From an uncultured bacterium (GTDB taxonomy: Bacteria; Eisenbacteria; RBG-16-71-46), in the NCBI GenBank assembly GCA_964542745.1, contig CAZIVR010000001.1:43041-107040 (forward strand): 64,000 nucleotides of DNA, given 5' to 3'. Of the stretch, positions 39,841 through 48,850 are shown piece after piece. Position 1 is the stretch's first letter, and each line of letters begins with the position of its first letter. The notes under the pieces are model-generated. The model had not been told where the DNA came from. It was given only the letters and a program-made list of their open reading frames with translations, and did no database searches. The position numbers were made by a program, and so were the translations under genes.

Positions 39841-42090
39841 TCACGCCTGCTCCGTGAGCCCGACCCTCCGCGCGAGATCCGCGAAGCGCGGGTCGTCGCG
39901 GATCGGATCGAGGCGGGGATTTCCGCGCAGCCACACCAGCGCGCTGTCGCGCTCCGCGAAGGCCCGATCGAGCCACTCGAACGCGCGGTCGTGCTCGCCG
40001 AGCGCCACGTGGATCATCGCGATGCCGGCCGGCGAGACGAACTGGCCCTTCCGATGGGCCTCGAGGCGCGCGAGCACCCGTCGCGCCTCGTCCGCGCGGC
40101 CGGCGGCGGCGTAGGCGTAGCCGAGCCCGGGGATCAGTTCGGGCTCGATCTCCCGCAGGCGGGCGGCGGTGCGGAACGAGGCGATGGCCTCGTCGTGGAG
40201 CCCGAGGATGCTGCAGGCGCGGCCCAGGTCGGTGTGCCCGTGCACGAAGCTCGGGTCCACGGTGAGGATCGTGCGCAGCATGGCCGCCGCCTCCGCGGCC
40301 CGCCCGCAGAAATACAGGACGTCGGCGTGCGAGGTCGCGAGCACGGTCGAGAGGGGGTCGAGCTCGCGCGCGCGGCGCGCCTCGGCGATCGCCTCCTCGT
40401 CGCGCCGGTGCATCACGAGGAACTCCGCGTACCACTGGTGGCCGGTGGCGTAGTTGGGCTTGAGTTCGAGCGCCCGCAGGAAGGCGGCCTCGGCCCGCTC
40501 CCAGTCCCAGTCGTGGAACGCGTGCTGGAACGCCAGCGAGACGTGGGCCTCGGCGAGCTGCGGGTCCAGCTCGAGGGCGCGGTTCGCCGCGGCCTTGGCA
40601 CGCGGGGCGGAATCCTCGGGGGCGATCGCGTGCTGGTCGCCGAGGATGTTGTAGCAGTCGGCGAGGCCCGCCCACGCCAGCGCGTAGGTGGGATCGGCGG
40701 CGATCGCGCGCTCGAAGAACTCGATGCCCCTTCGCACCGAGTCGGGGGTGCGCCGGTTCCACTGGAAGCGTCCGCGCAGGTAGGCGTCGTAGGCCTCCGG
40801 GTCCACCGGCCGCGACTCGGCGAGCCGGCGCGACTCGCCCGGCGAGAGATGGCTGCGTACCTCGCCCGCGATGGCGAAGGCGACGTCCCGCTGCAGGGCG
40901 AGGATGTCGCCGAAGTCGCGCTCGTAGCTGCGCGCCCACAGATGCCGGTCGGTGGACGCCTCGATGAGCTGGGCGCTGATGCGCACCCGGTCGCCGGCCC
41001 GCGCCACCGTGCCCTCGACCACCGCGTCCACGCCCAGCTCGCGCGCGATCTCCGGAAGCGGCCGCCGCGTGCCCTTGAAGCGCATCACCGAGGTCCGCGA
41101 GATCACGCGCAGCGACGCCACCTGCGCGAGGTCGCCGATCAGCGCCTCGGTCATGCCGTCCGCGAAGAACTCCTCGGCCGGGTCCCCCGAGAGATTCTCG
41201 AGAGGGAGCACCGCGACCGACGCGATGCGCGCGGGCGCCCCGGCCGGGAGCGCGGTGTCGGGGTGCCGGAGGGCCTCGAGGAACTCGCGCGCCGAACCGA
41301 AGCGGTGCTCGCGGCGCTTCTCGATCGCGCGCAGGATCACGCGCTCGAGCCCGGCCGAGAGCGCCGGGTTGGCGGCGCGGGGCGGTTCGGGCGTGGCGTG
41401 GAGGATCGCGTAGATGAGCGCGGCGTCGTGGGCGGCGGCGTAGGGGCGGCGGCCGGTCGCCATCTCGTAGAGGAGCACGCCGAGCGCGTGCAGGTCGGTG
41501 CGCGGGTCGGGCTCCTCGCCCGTGATCTGCTCCGGCGCCATGTAGGGAAGCGTGCCGGCGAGCGGCGCGAGGGCGGCCGCCGAGGCCGGCGCCGAGCTGG
41601 ATCGCGCCGCCTGCTCGCGGGCGCGCAGGCGGGCGAGGCCGAAGTCCAGCACCTTGGCCTGCCCGCGGGGGGTCAGGTGGATGTTGGCGGGCTTGAGGTC
41701 GCAGTGGACGACGCCGTGCTCGTGCGCGGCCTCCAGCGCCTCGGCGACCTGCGCCGCGATCGCGACCGCCTCGGCCTCGCCAAGCGGGCCGCGCTCGAGC
41801 CGCCTCTGCAGGCTCTCGCCGGGCACCAGCTCCATGACCAGGAAGTCGGTGTCGCCGGCGGTCTCGAAGGCGTGCACCGTGGCGATCCCGGGGTGCGAGA
41901 GGCGGGACGCCGCCAGCGCCTCGCTCCGGAACCGGCGGCGCGCCGGGCCGTCGGCGACGCAGCCGGCGCGCAGCACCTTGAGCGCGATGTCGCGCTCCAG
42001 CCGCTCGTCGCGAGCCCGGTACACCGTGCCCATGCCGCCCTCGCCGAGCAGCGACTCGATCCGGTAGTGGGCGAGCCGGGTTCCGATCAT
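39841..42090 (-). CDS. Hanks-type Ser/Thr kinase (non-RD) with TolB-N-like domain and TPR repeats
   Basis: ATG 42090: MIGTRLAHYRIESLLGEGGMGTVY, HCDLKPAN, DFG, GTLPYMAPE; SVAVLPLENLSGDPAEEFFADG; TPRs. Confidence 0.93.
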   Translation of the reverse strand: MIGTRLAHYRIESLLGEGGMGTVYRARDERLERDIALKVLRAGCVADGPARRRFRSEALAASRLSHPGIATVHAFETAGDTDFLVMELVPGESLQRRLERGPLGEAEAVAIAAQVAEALEAAHEHGVVHCDLKPANIHLTPRGQAKVLDFGLARLRAREQAARSSSAPASAAALAPLAGTLPYMAPEQITGEEPDPRTDLHALGVLLYEMATGRRPYAAAHDAALIYAILHATPEPPRAANPALSAGLERVILRAIEKRREHRFGSAREFLEALRHPDTALPAGAPARIASVAVLPLENLSGDPAEEFFADGMTEALIGDLAQVASLRVISRTSVMRFKGTRRPLPEIARELGVDAVVEGTVARAGDRVRISAQLIEASTDRHLWARSYERDFGDILALQRDVAFAIAGEVRSHLSPGESRRLAESRPVDPEAYDAYLRGRFQWNRRTPDSVRRGIEFFERAIAADPTYALAWAGLADCYNILGDQHAIAPEDSAPRAKAAANRALELDPQLAEAHVSLAFQHAFHDWDWERAEAAFLRALELKPNYATGHQWYAEFLVMHRRDEEAIAEARRARELDPLSTVLATSHADVLYFCGRAAEAAAMLRTILTVDPSFVHGHTDLGRACSILGLHDEAIASFRTAARLREIEPELIPGLGYAYAAAGRADEARRVLARLEAHRKGQFVSPAGIAMIHVALGEHDRAFEWLDRAFAERDSALVWLRGNPRLDPIRDDPRFADLARRVGLTEQA

Positions 42091-42142
42091 GTCCGGCTCG
42101 CCGGGTGGTTTCGGCCGCGCACGGTCCGCACCGGGCTGGCTC

Positions 42143-42493
42143 CTAGGGGCGCGGCCCGAACCGGGCGACGAGGTAGTCGCGCAGCGTGTCGCGCTCGCCC
42201 TCGGAGAGGGGCGCGCCCCACGCCCGCATCTGCGCGAGGGTCTTGTCCCAGGCCGTCGAATCCTTGCGCTGCTGGGTGAGCATCGAGGCCGAGTGGCACA
42301 TGAGGCAGGCGCGCCCCGCGATCTCCCGCCCCGGCGCCTCGGGCAGCGTGTCCGCGTAGAGCCGCGCCACCGTCGGCGGCTGCCGGGTCTTGCGGGGCGT
42401 CTGCGAGCGCGCGTCCGCCAGCCACCCGGCGGCGGGCAGCAGCGCCAGCGCCGCCAGCGCCGCGAGCGCGACCCCCCGCTCAGGCGCGCGCAC
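42143..42493 (-). CDS. sorB: Monoheme cytochrome c (SorB-like)
   Basis: Signal peptide, CLMCH heme motif, W..TLAQM..WGA; overlaps the sorA end. Confidence 0.8.
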   Translation of the reverse strand: MRAPERGVALAALAALALLPAAGWLADARSQTPRKTRQPPTVARLYADTLPEAPGREIAGRACLMCHSASMLTQQRKDSTAWDKTLAQMRAWGAPLSEGERDTLRDYLVARFGPRP

Positions 42494-43616
42494 GGACGGT
42501 CACCCGGTGGATCGAATTGTTGGCGTAGCCCGCGGCGTTCGCGCGCGCCGCGACGGGCTGGGTCTCCCCGGCCGCGTCGGTCGCACGCGCCGCCAGCTCC
42601 AGCGCGCCCGACGCCGGCACGTCCACGCGCAGCTCCCAGCGGCGCCACGCGAACGGACCGGCCTCGGGGCCGAGCGGCGCCTCGTGCCACGTGGCCATGC
42701 CGTCCGAGGACACTTCGACCCGCCGGAGCGGCCGCCCGCTCCACGCCCAGCCGGCCACCGCGAGCGGCCCCGGGCTCACCTCGTCCCCGTCGCGCACCGA
42801 GGTGACCAGCGACTTCACCCGCACGTCCTCGACCGGCGGCGCGGTCGCGGGGTTCTCGCCCGGATACTGGTAGCGGTAGCCGCGCACCATGAAGTGATTG
42901 TCGCTCGGGGTGCGCTCCACGCGAACGCCGGTCACCCACTTGGTCGAAGCCATGCCGTACCAGCCGGGCACGATCGCCCGGCACGGCGCGCCGTGGAGCG
43001 GCGGGAGCGGCGCGCCGTTCATCTCGAGGGCGAGCAGCACGTCGGCGCGCGCCTTGTCGCCGGGCACGCTGCGCAGGAACGGGGGCACCTTGCCGAACGG
43101 CGAGCGGTCGGCGGCCTCGAACCACACGTGCTCGGCGTCGTCCGGGGCGCCCGCCCGCTCGAGCACGTCGGCGAGCCGCACGCCCCGCCAGCGGGCGTTG
43201 CCCACCGCCCCGTGTTCCCACTGGGTGCCGGAGGTGTTCGGCAGCCGGTAGAGGCCGCGGCCGTTGCCCGCACACTCGATCACGCAGGTCACCTCGTGCT
43301 GCGGCATCGCGCGCAGGTCGTCGAGACTCAGCGTGAGCGCGTTCCGGACCCGGCCGGAGACCTGCAGCCGCCACTCGCGCCGGACGAGGTCCGGGGCCGG
43401 CAGGTGGCACCGCACGAAGAACAGCTCGTTCGGGGTGAGCGCGGCGCGGTCAAGGGCGGGGAGCGAGGTCTCCCACTGGCGCGGCCACAGGTTGCGCTCG
43501 AGCAGCGGGGGTCCCGACGCGGCGGCCAGCGCGCCGCGCAGCGCGGGCAGGGCGGTGGCGGCCGCGGCGCCGAGCCCGGCGCGGGCCGCGAGCTGGAGCG
43601 CCGACCGGCGGTTCAT
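42480..43616 (-). CDS. sorA: Tat-exported sulfite oxidase family molybdoenzyme (SorA-like)
   Basis: MNRRSALQ Tat motif, FFVRCH, IECAGNGR (Mo-ligand Cys), GAVGNARW, HGAPCRAIVPGWYGMASTKW, C-terminal Ig dimerisation domain; ATGA overlap with the upstream gene. Confidence 0.9.
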   Translation of the reverse strand: MNRRSALQLAARAGLGAAAATALPALRGALAAASGPPLLERNLWPRQWETSLPALDRAALTPNELFFVRCHLPAPDLVRREWRLQVSGRVRNALTLSLDDLRAMPQHEVTCVIECAGNGRGLYRLPNTSGTQWEHGAVGNARWRGVRLADVLERAGAPDDAEHVWFEAADRSPFGKVPPFLRSVPGDKARADVLLALEMNGAPLPPLHGAPCRAIVPGWYGMASTKWVTGVRVERTPSDNHFMVRGYRYQYPGENPATAPPVEDVRVKSLVTSVRDGDEVSPGPLAVAGWAWSGRPLRRVEVSSDGMATWHEAPLGPEAGPFAWRRWELRVDVPASGALELAARATDAAGETQPVAARANAAGYANNSIHRVTVRARA

Positions 43617-44851
43617 GCCCCGACCGTCCGCGCGCAGTCGCGCGCGATGCGGGCCACGATCTCCGCGACCTGGCGGTAGCCGGTCTCGAGCAGGAAGGCC
43701 GGATGGCGCCCGTAGGACTTGGCGCCCGCCAGGTAGAAGTCGGGCTCGGGGCCGGTGAGCGCCTCGATGCCCGCGGCAGGCACCGCGAGGCAGTCGTCGC
43801 CGGCCTCGAGCAGGGTCGCGGCGAGCTTCATCGGTCCCTCGGTCGCGTAGCACGAATGCACCTGCAGCTCCCGGAAGATCGAAAGATCGGGGTGGTATCC
43901 GCAATTGACGATCACGTGGTCCACTTCCTCGAGCCGGGCTTCCTCGCCGAGCACCAGCGCCACGCGGTAGCGGTGGGTCGCCGAGTTGAACTCGAAGCCC
44001 TCGACGCCCGCGCCGCCGATGTGGACGACCGCCGGGTCGCTCCCGGCGAGCAGCGCCCGGGCGCGCGCCAGCAGTTCGCGGCGCGCGGGGAGCGGATCGC
44101 CCTCGACCGGCGCGTAGAGACGTTCGCGCGGGGCGCGCGTCACCCACGCCACGGAGGTTCCGGGGACCTCGGCGGCGAGGCGCGCGAGATCGCTCACGAC
44201 GGTGGCGGCGCTCGTGCCGGAGCCGATCACCATGACGCGCTTGCCCGCGTAGCGCTCGCGCCGGAGCCCGAGCACGTCGTCGAGGTGGTAGGAGAGCTGC
44301 GGGGCGACGTACAGCTCCTGCCGCGCGGGGATGCCGCCCAGCCCGGCCCAGTTCGGGTTGCCGTAGGTGCCCGAGGCGTCCACCACCGCGAACGCGTGCA
44401 GGAAACTCTCGCGACCCCCCGCGTCGCGCACCAGCAGCCGGAAGGGGTGCTCGCGCCGCTCGGGCTTCGCGATCCAGTCGCCCTTGAGCGCCCCGCGGCG
44501 GCTCAGGTGGACCACCTTCGCGTGGGCATGCACGCGCCCGGCGAGCGCGGGAAGGCGCGAGGCGGGCCCGAGGGCGCGCTCGGCGAACTCGGCGCCGGTC
44601 GGGCATTCCTCCGCCGGGGGCGCGGTCCAGTCCGACCGCTCGAGATGGGCGCGGGTCGCGGGCCCCACGTTCATGCGCCAGGGCGTGAACATCCGGACGT
44701 GGCCCCACGCGATCGGGTGCGAGGCCACCTCGCCGCGCTCGAAGACGTGCACGTCGAGCCCGGCGTCGAGGGCGGCGAGGGCGGTTTCGAGGCCGACGGG
44801 GCCGGCGCCGATCACGGCGAGGGTGTTGCGGGCGGGCTGGGACTGGGGCAT
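43613..44851 (-). CDS. FAD/NAD(P)-dependent oxidoreductase (flavin monooxygenase-like)
   Basis: GAGPVG FAD site, WGHVRMFTPW, VVDASGTYGNPN, GSGTSA NAD(P) site, GAKSYGRHPAFLLETGYRQV. Confidence 0.85.
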   Translation of the reverse strand: MPQSQPARNTLAVIGAGPVGLETALAALDAGLDVHVFERGEVASHPIAWGHVRMFTPWRMNVGPATRAHLERSDWTAPPAEECPTGAEFAERALGPASRLPALAGRVHAHAKVVHLSRRGALKGDWIAKPERREHPFRLLVRDAGGRESFLHAFAVVDASGTYGNPNWAGLGGIPARQELYVAPQLSYHLDDVLGLRRERYAGKRVMVIGSGTSAATVVSDLARLAAEVPGTSVAWVTRAPRERLYAPVEGDPLPARRELLARARALLAGSDPAVVHIGGAGVEGFEFNSATHRYRVALVLGEEARLEEVDHVIVNCGYHPDLSIFRELQVHSCYATEGPMKLAATLLEAGDDCLAVPAAGIEALTGPEPDFYLAGAKSYGRHPAFLLETGYRQVAEIVARIARDCARTVGA

Positions 44852-45033
44852 GGAGGATCCTGATCGAGAGGGGTGGTGACCGGGGGCCAGACTAGCCCAA
44901 ACGGATCGGACGGGCGCGCCCCGCCCCGGCGCCTCGCGTCGCGGATCCCGGCGAGTCCCGGACCGCGGGGTCCGCCGCGCCGGACCGCGCCGGCCGACTC
45001 AACCGCCCGCCGCGCCGGGCCACGCCCGCGGAC

Positions 45034-46911
45034 TCACCGGCCCGGCGGCAGCGAGTCGCGGAGCATGCGGAAGCGCTCGGCGAGCAGCGGGGCCTCGGGA
45101 TTGAGCCGCCGGGTTTGTTCGAGCTGGGCGAGCGCCTCCGGCCAGCGGCGCTCGAGGATCTCGAGCGTGGCGAGCGTGCTCCGCGCCCGCCAGTTCCATT
45201 CCGACTCGCGCAGTTGCCGCTCGAGCTCGGCGCGCAGCGCGCGGCGGGCTTCCGGATCGAAGTGCGCGGCATGCATCCGTTCCGGCAGCGCGCGATCCCC
45301 CGCCGGGAGGATCGAGTAGCGCTCGCGCGCGGCCAGGTCGGAAAACCTCCCGGACCGCCGCAGCCAGAGCGCCGCCACGTCGTCGAGGAACACCAGCGCC
45401 CAGGTCGAGTCGGCGTCCAGCCGGTCGAGCAGGTCCTGCCGCGGGAACTGCGTGCGCGGCAGCAGCAGGTAATCGAACGAATACTTCGCCTCGAGCGCCC
45501 GCCACACCGGCTCCCGTTCCCAGGAGAGGGCGTAGAGATCCTGGTCGGCGCGGGAGCCGGTGACGTGGATGTCCATGAACGGCAGGCGGTCGCGCTGCGG
45601 CCAGAAGCGCCACAGCTGGTAGCCGGCGAAGTGGAAAGCCCCGAACGATCTCCCGCGCACGCCGTGCTTCTCGATCCAGTCGCAGGCCCGCACCGGGAAG
45701 GCCCGCCAGTCGAGGCCGAACCCCGGCCGCCACGGCTCCTGGAGGAGCTGCGGGACCGCGCCGAGCGCGATCAGGAGCGAGGCCCCGGCCGCGCGCGCCG
45801 GGGCGCTTCGCAGCGCAGGCGGCAGGCGCAGGGACTGGACCCCCCACGCGAGATCCCGCGCGAAGATCGGCGCCGCCGCCACGCACAGGAACCCGAGGAA
45901 GCGCTGCGCGCCGAGCGCCGAGGCGAAGAACGCCGCGTAGACCAGCGTGTCCACGAGGTCGCCGCGGCGCCGCACCAGCCGCGCGAGCCACAACCCCCAC
46001 GCCAGCAGCATCCACACGAGCAGGCCGTCGCGCCGGTGCGCCTCCCACGTGATCGGCTTCAGCTCGAGGATCATTCCGAAGAGCGGCTGGTGGCGCCATT
46101 CGAGCAGGTACTGGAAAGGCTGCCACAGGGCCCGCCATCCGAAGGGATTCACGAAGCACGCGGCCGCGCTCGCGGCCAGCACGAGCGCGAGCCGGGCCGG
46201 CGGCCGCGCTCCCGGCCGGCCGCGCCCCGCGGCGAGCCCTTCGGCCAGCACGTGGAATCCCGTGAGCGCGAGCGGGAGGTAGTAGGAGACGTGGGCGTTG
46301 GCCCAGACCCACGTGATCGGGACGATCCACGCGGAGCGGTCGGGCCCGCCGCGCCGGCGCGTCTCGAGGATCCACACCTGGAGCGCGAGCAGCAGGCACG
46401 CGAGCGTTTCGGGACGCACCATGGAGCGCGACCGATAGAGCAGCGCGCACCACGCGATCGCCACCACCACCGTGACCCCGCGCGCCCCCATCCGTCGCGC
46501 CGCCAGTCCGGCGAGCGCGAAGGTCGCGAGCGTGAAGCCCCACCGCCACGCCATCAGGCCCCATTCCCCGGCGAGCGCGTAGAACGGCCAGAGCAGCGCG
46601 CGGAACAGCCACGACGGCAGCAGGTAGGGCTCCCCGAACGTGGGCCACGTCCACACGTTGGTGCGGGGGATCGCGTGGCCCTCCCAGAGCGTGCGTCCCA
46701 CCCGCAGGTGCTGCCAGAGGTCGGGATCGTAGAGCCGGTATGAGACGCCGAGGCCGATCACGACCGCCGCGACCCCGAGCACGAGCAGCCGGTAGGGGCG
46801 GGGGAGCGGGAGGGAGACGGCGGGACGGCCGGAAGGCTTGCTCGCTCGCTTCAGGGGGATCCTCCGGACCGACTCGGGCGACCATCCGCCCCTCCGCCAC
46901 GTCCCGGGCAT
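45034..46911 (-). CDS. Polytopic membrane protein (GT-C-like) with C-terminal TPR
   Basis: DPDLWQHLRVGR...PSWLF, RPET, WANAH, NPFG, about 11 TM helices, periplasmic tail and TPR-like helix pair. Start uncertain. Confidence 0.65.
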   Translation of the reverse strand: MPGTWRRGGWSPESVRRIPLKRASKPSGRPAVSLPLPRPYRLLVLGVAAVVIGLGVSYRLYDPDLWQHLRVGRTLWEGHAIPRTNVWTWPTFGEPYLLPSWLFRALLWPFYALAGEWGLMAWRWGFTLATFALAGLAARRMGARGVTVVVAIAWCALLYRSRSMVRPETLACLLLALQVWILETRRRGGPDRSAWIVPITWVWANAHVSYYLPLALTGFHVLAEGLAAGRGRPGARPPARLALVLAASAAACFVNPFGWRALWQPFQYLLEWRHQPLFGMILELKPITWEAHRRDGLLVWMLLAWGLWLARLVRRRGDLVDTLVYAAFFASALGAQRFLGFLCVAAAPIFARDLAWGVQSLRLPPALRSAPARAAGASLLIALGAVPQLLQEPWRPGFGLDWRAFPVRACDWIEKHGVRGRSFGAFHFAGYQLWRFWPQRDRLPFMDIHVTGSRADQDLYALSWEREPVWRALEAKYSFDYLLLPRTQFPRQDLLDRLDADSTWALVFLDDVAALWLRRSGRFSDLAARERYSILPAGDRALPERMHAAHFDPEARRALRAELERQLRESEWNWRARSTLATLEILERRWPEALAQLEQTRRLNPEAPLLAERFRMLRDSLPPGR

Positions 46912-47011
46912 CGGGCCCGGCGAGTCTAGCCGCCGTCCCGGGGCCACGCCATGCCCGGGGGTGGCCGCGCCCCGGCCGACTCCGCCCGCCCCGCCCCGGG
47001 GCACGGCGGGC

Positions 47012-47050
47012 GAAAAAAGTCCTTGCGCGATCCCCGCCAATTGCTAGGCT
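47012..47050 (+). promoter_or_regulatory. Putative sigma70 promoter with UP-like A-tract
   Basis: GAAAAAA, then TTGCGC (47023-47028), 16 nt, TGcTAGGCT (-10 at 47045-47050). Confidence 0.55.
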
Positions 47051-47056
47051 GTTGGC

Positions 47057-47127
47057 GTTTCTTCGCCATTCAGCGGAGCGAAGGAAGGCCGGCCGGGAGA
47101 TGGCGCCTGACCGGCCTTATTTTTTTT
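47057..47127 (+). ncRNA. Candidate small RNA or attenuator leader (two hairpins plus U-tract)
   Basis: 9-bp stem 47058-47066/47078-47086; 8-bp perfect stem AAGGCCGG (47085-47092)/CCGGCCTT (47111-47118), extendable; T8 at 47120-47127; lies just downstream of the promoter. Confidence 0.4.
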
Positions 47128-47549
47128 CGATGGGACTCCTGAAGAATCTCGGACTCTTCTTCATCGTGTTCCTTCCGGCGGTGGCACTGGCCAGCATGCT
47201 CCTGGCCGGACTGCCGGGAGCGCGAGCGGCGGTTTCCCCGGAGTGGCGGATCGGTTGGAATCCCGTGCCGTGGCTGATCATGACGGCGCCGTGGCTGCTG
47301 CCGACCATCCTCCTCGTCCCGGCCCTCCATCTGCTGGGCAAGTGGCTCGTGAGGAAGCGATCGCGAGGGAACGCCAGGCTCGTGATCGCGCTGGCCTCGT
47401 CAGTGCTCTTTCCAGCCGCAGCGCTCGCCCTGTGGGGCCCGAGCAACCTGCGGGTGGACTTCGTGCTGCCGATCGTGATCTCGGCGCTGGGCTACGGGCT
47501 CGTGTTTCGACTCCCACGATTCGTTTCCGCGGCGGTGGGGGGCGCCTAG
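47100..47549 (+). CDS. Hypothetical 4-TM membrane protein
   Basis: Four hydrophobic helices. Start is ATG 47100 or ATG 47130. Confidence 0.6.
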   Translation: MAPDRPYFFSMGLLKNLGLFFIVFLPAVALASMLLAGLPGARAAVSPEWRIGWNPVPWLIMTAPWLLPTILLVPALHLLGKWLVRKRSRGNARLVIALASSVLFPAAALALWGPSNLRVDFVLPIVISALGYGLVFRLPRFVSAAVGGA

Positions 47550-47603
47550 GCTCCGCTCGAAATCGCCCCGCTCGCGCGCCGTGCTCGCCCCGGGCCTGAC
47601 CGG

Positions 47604-48764
47604 CTACCCCTGGAATTCCGCCACGATCGGCGCGTGGTCGGAGGCGCGTCCGGGACCGTCGAGCCCCGGGACCGTTCGGCCGCTTCCCCCCAGCCAGCCG
47701 CGTCCCGCGAACCAGTCGAGCCGCAGCGCGCCCCGCCGTTCCGCGAAGCCCATCACCGCGCGGCCCACCGGCCCGAGCACGCGGCGCAGCAGCGCCGCCT
47801 CGTCGATCCGGTCGAGGCGGAGCTGCAGCGTCGGCTCGAAGTCCACGAACGAGGTCCACTCGAATCCCGCCTCCCGGAGCAGGTCGAAGAGCGGCTCGCG
47901 GAACCGGCCGCGGTCGGGGCGCGCGAGGCGGCGGCGCAGCGGTCCCGGCGGCCAGAACAGCAGCGCCCCGGCGCCGGTGAGCGGCGAGTGCCAGAGGCCG
48001 CGGTCGAAGGTGTGCGTGTTCCAGTCCCCGGCGAAGATCACGGGCCGCCGCTCGTCGCCGAGGGCTTCGAGGATCAGGCGCACCTGCGCGGCGCGATGCG
48101 CGCGGGTGCGATGCACCTCGAGGTGGGCGGCCACCGCCACGAACGGCGCCCCGGGCCGCTCGACCTCGACGATCAGCCCGATGTTCCGGCCCAGCATGCG
48201 CTCGGCGTCGAACTGAACCTCCTCGGGGCTCGGCAGGTCCACGATGCGCACCCGGCCGAGTGGCCAGCGCGACAGGATCGAGAGGCCGAACAGCGACTCC
48301 TCGTTCTCGCGGGTTCCCGCGGTGAGCGCGTCGTCGTCGCGGCCGATCGTGGTCTCGAGGAAGAGCGGCACCCACACGCCGCCGCGGCCGAGCGCGCGGG
48401 CCAGGTCGGCGGTCACGTCGCGATTCCCGGCCCGGGCCATGCCGAGGTCGATCTCGTTGAAGAACAGCAGGTCGGCGTCGCGCAGGTCCGGGTGCTCGCG
48501 GAGCGCCGCCTCGACCTGCTCGTAGCGGTTGCCGTGCTCGACGTTCCAGTGCACGGCCCGCAGGCGGGGCGGCGAGAGGGGCGCCGGCGCGGCGGGCGGG
48601 GGCTCGGGAATCGGGTAGCGGTGCACCCGGTGGAGCAGGGCGTGGAAGCGCGGCTCGAGCGCGCTCCATTCGCGCGACGCGCGCATCGCGGCGAGGGTGC
48701 GGTGGCGCGCGATCGCCCGCTGGAGCGCGCGGCACTCGACGAGGAGATCGGGGTCGCGTCGCAT
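47604..48764 (-). CDS. Endonuclease/exonuclease/phosphatase (EEP) family protein
   Basis: HWNVEHG, FNEID, AHLE, FAGDWNT, LDW, SDHAPI. Confidence 0.9.
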   Translation of the reverse strand: MRRDPDLLVECRALQRAIARHRTLAAMRASREWSALEPRFHALLHRVHRYPIPEPPPAAPAPLSPPRLRAVHWNVEHGNRYEQVEAALREHPDLRDADLLFFNEIDLGMARAGNRDVTADLARALGRGGVWVPLFLETTIGRDDDALTAGTRENEESLFGLSILSRWPLGRVRIVDLPSPEEVQFDAERMLGRNIGLIVEVERPGAPFVAVAAHLEVHRTRAHRAAQVRLILEALGDERRPVIFAGDWNTHTFDRGLWHSPLTGAGALLFWPPGPLRRRLARPDRGRFREPLFDLLREAGFEWTSFVDFEPTLQLRLDRIDEAALLRRVLGPVGRAVMGFAERRGALRLDWFAGRGWLGGSGRTVPGLDGPGRASDHAPIVAEFQG

Positions 48765-48850
48765 GGGGGCCGCGAGGATAGCAGCCGTCGCGCGGGCGCG
48801 GCCGCGCCCGAGCTTCCCGGCGGCTCCCGCCTCCGGTAGCGTCCCGACCC

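Noticed and set aside
39841-43410. 1189-aa ORF suggesting a long N-terminal extension on the kinase
   Set aside because: The extension is an off-frame read through sorA/sorB; the kinase begins at MIGTRLAHY (42090).
47071-47110. Resemblance to SRP RNA (GAAGGAAG) or the fluoride riboswitch (GGAGATGG)
   Set aside because: The flanking conserved nucleotides and pairings of those families are missing; kept only as an unassigned RNA candidate.
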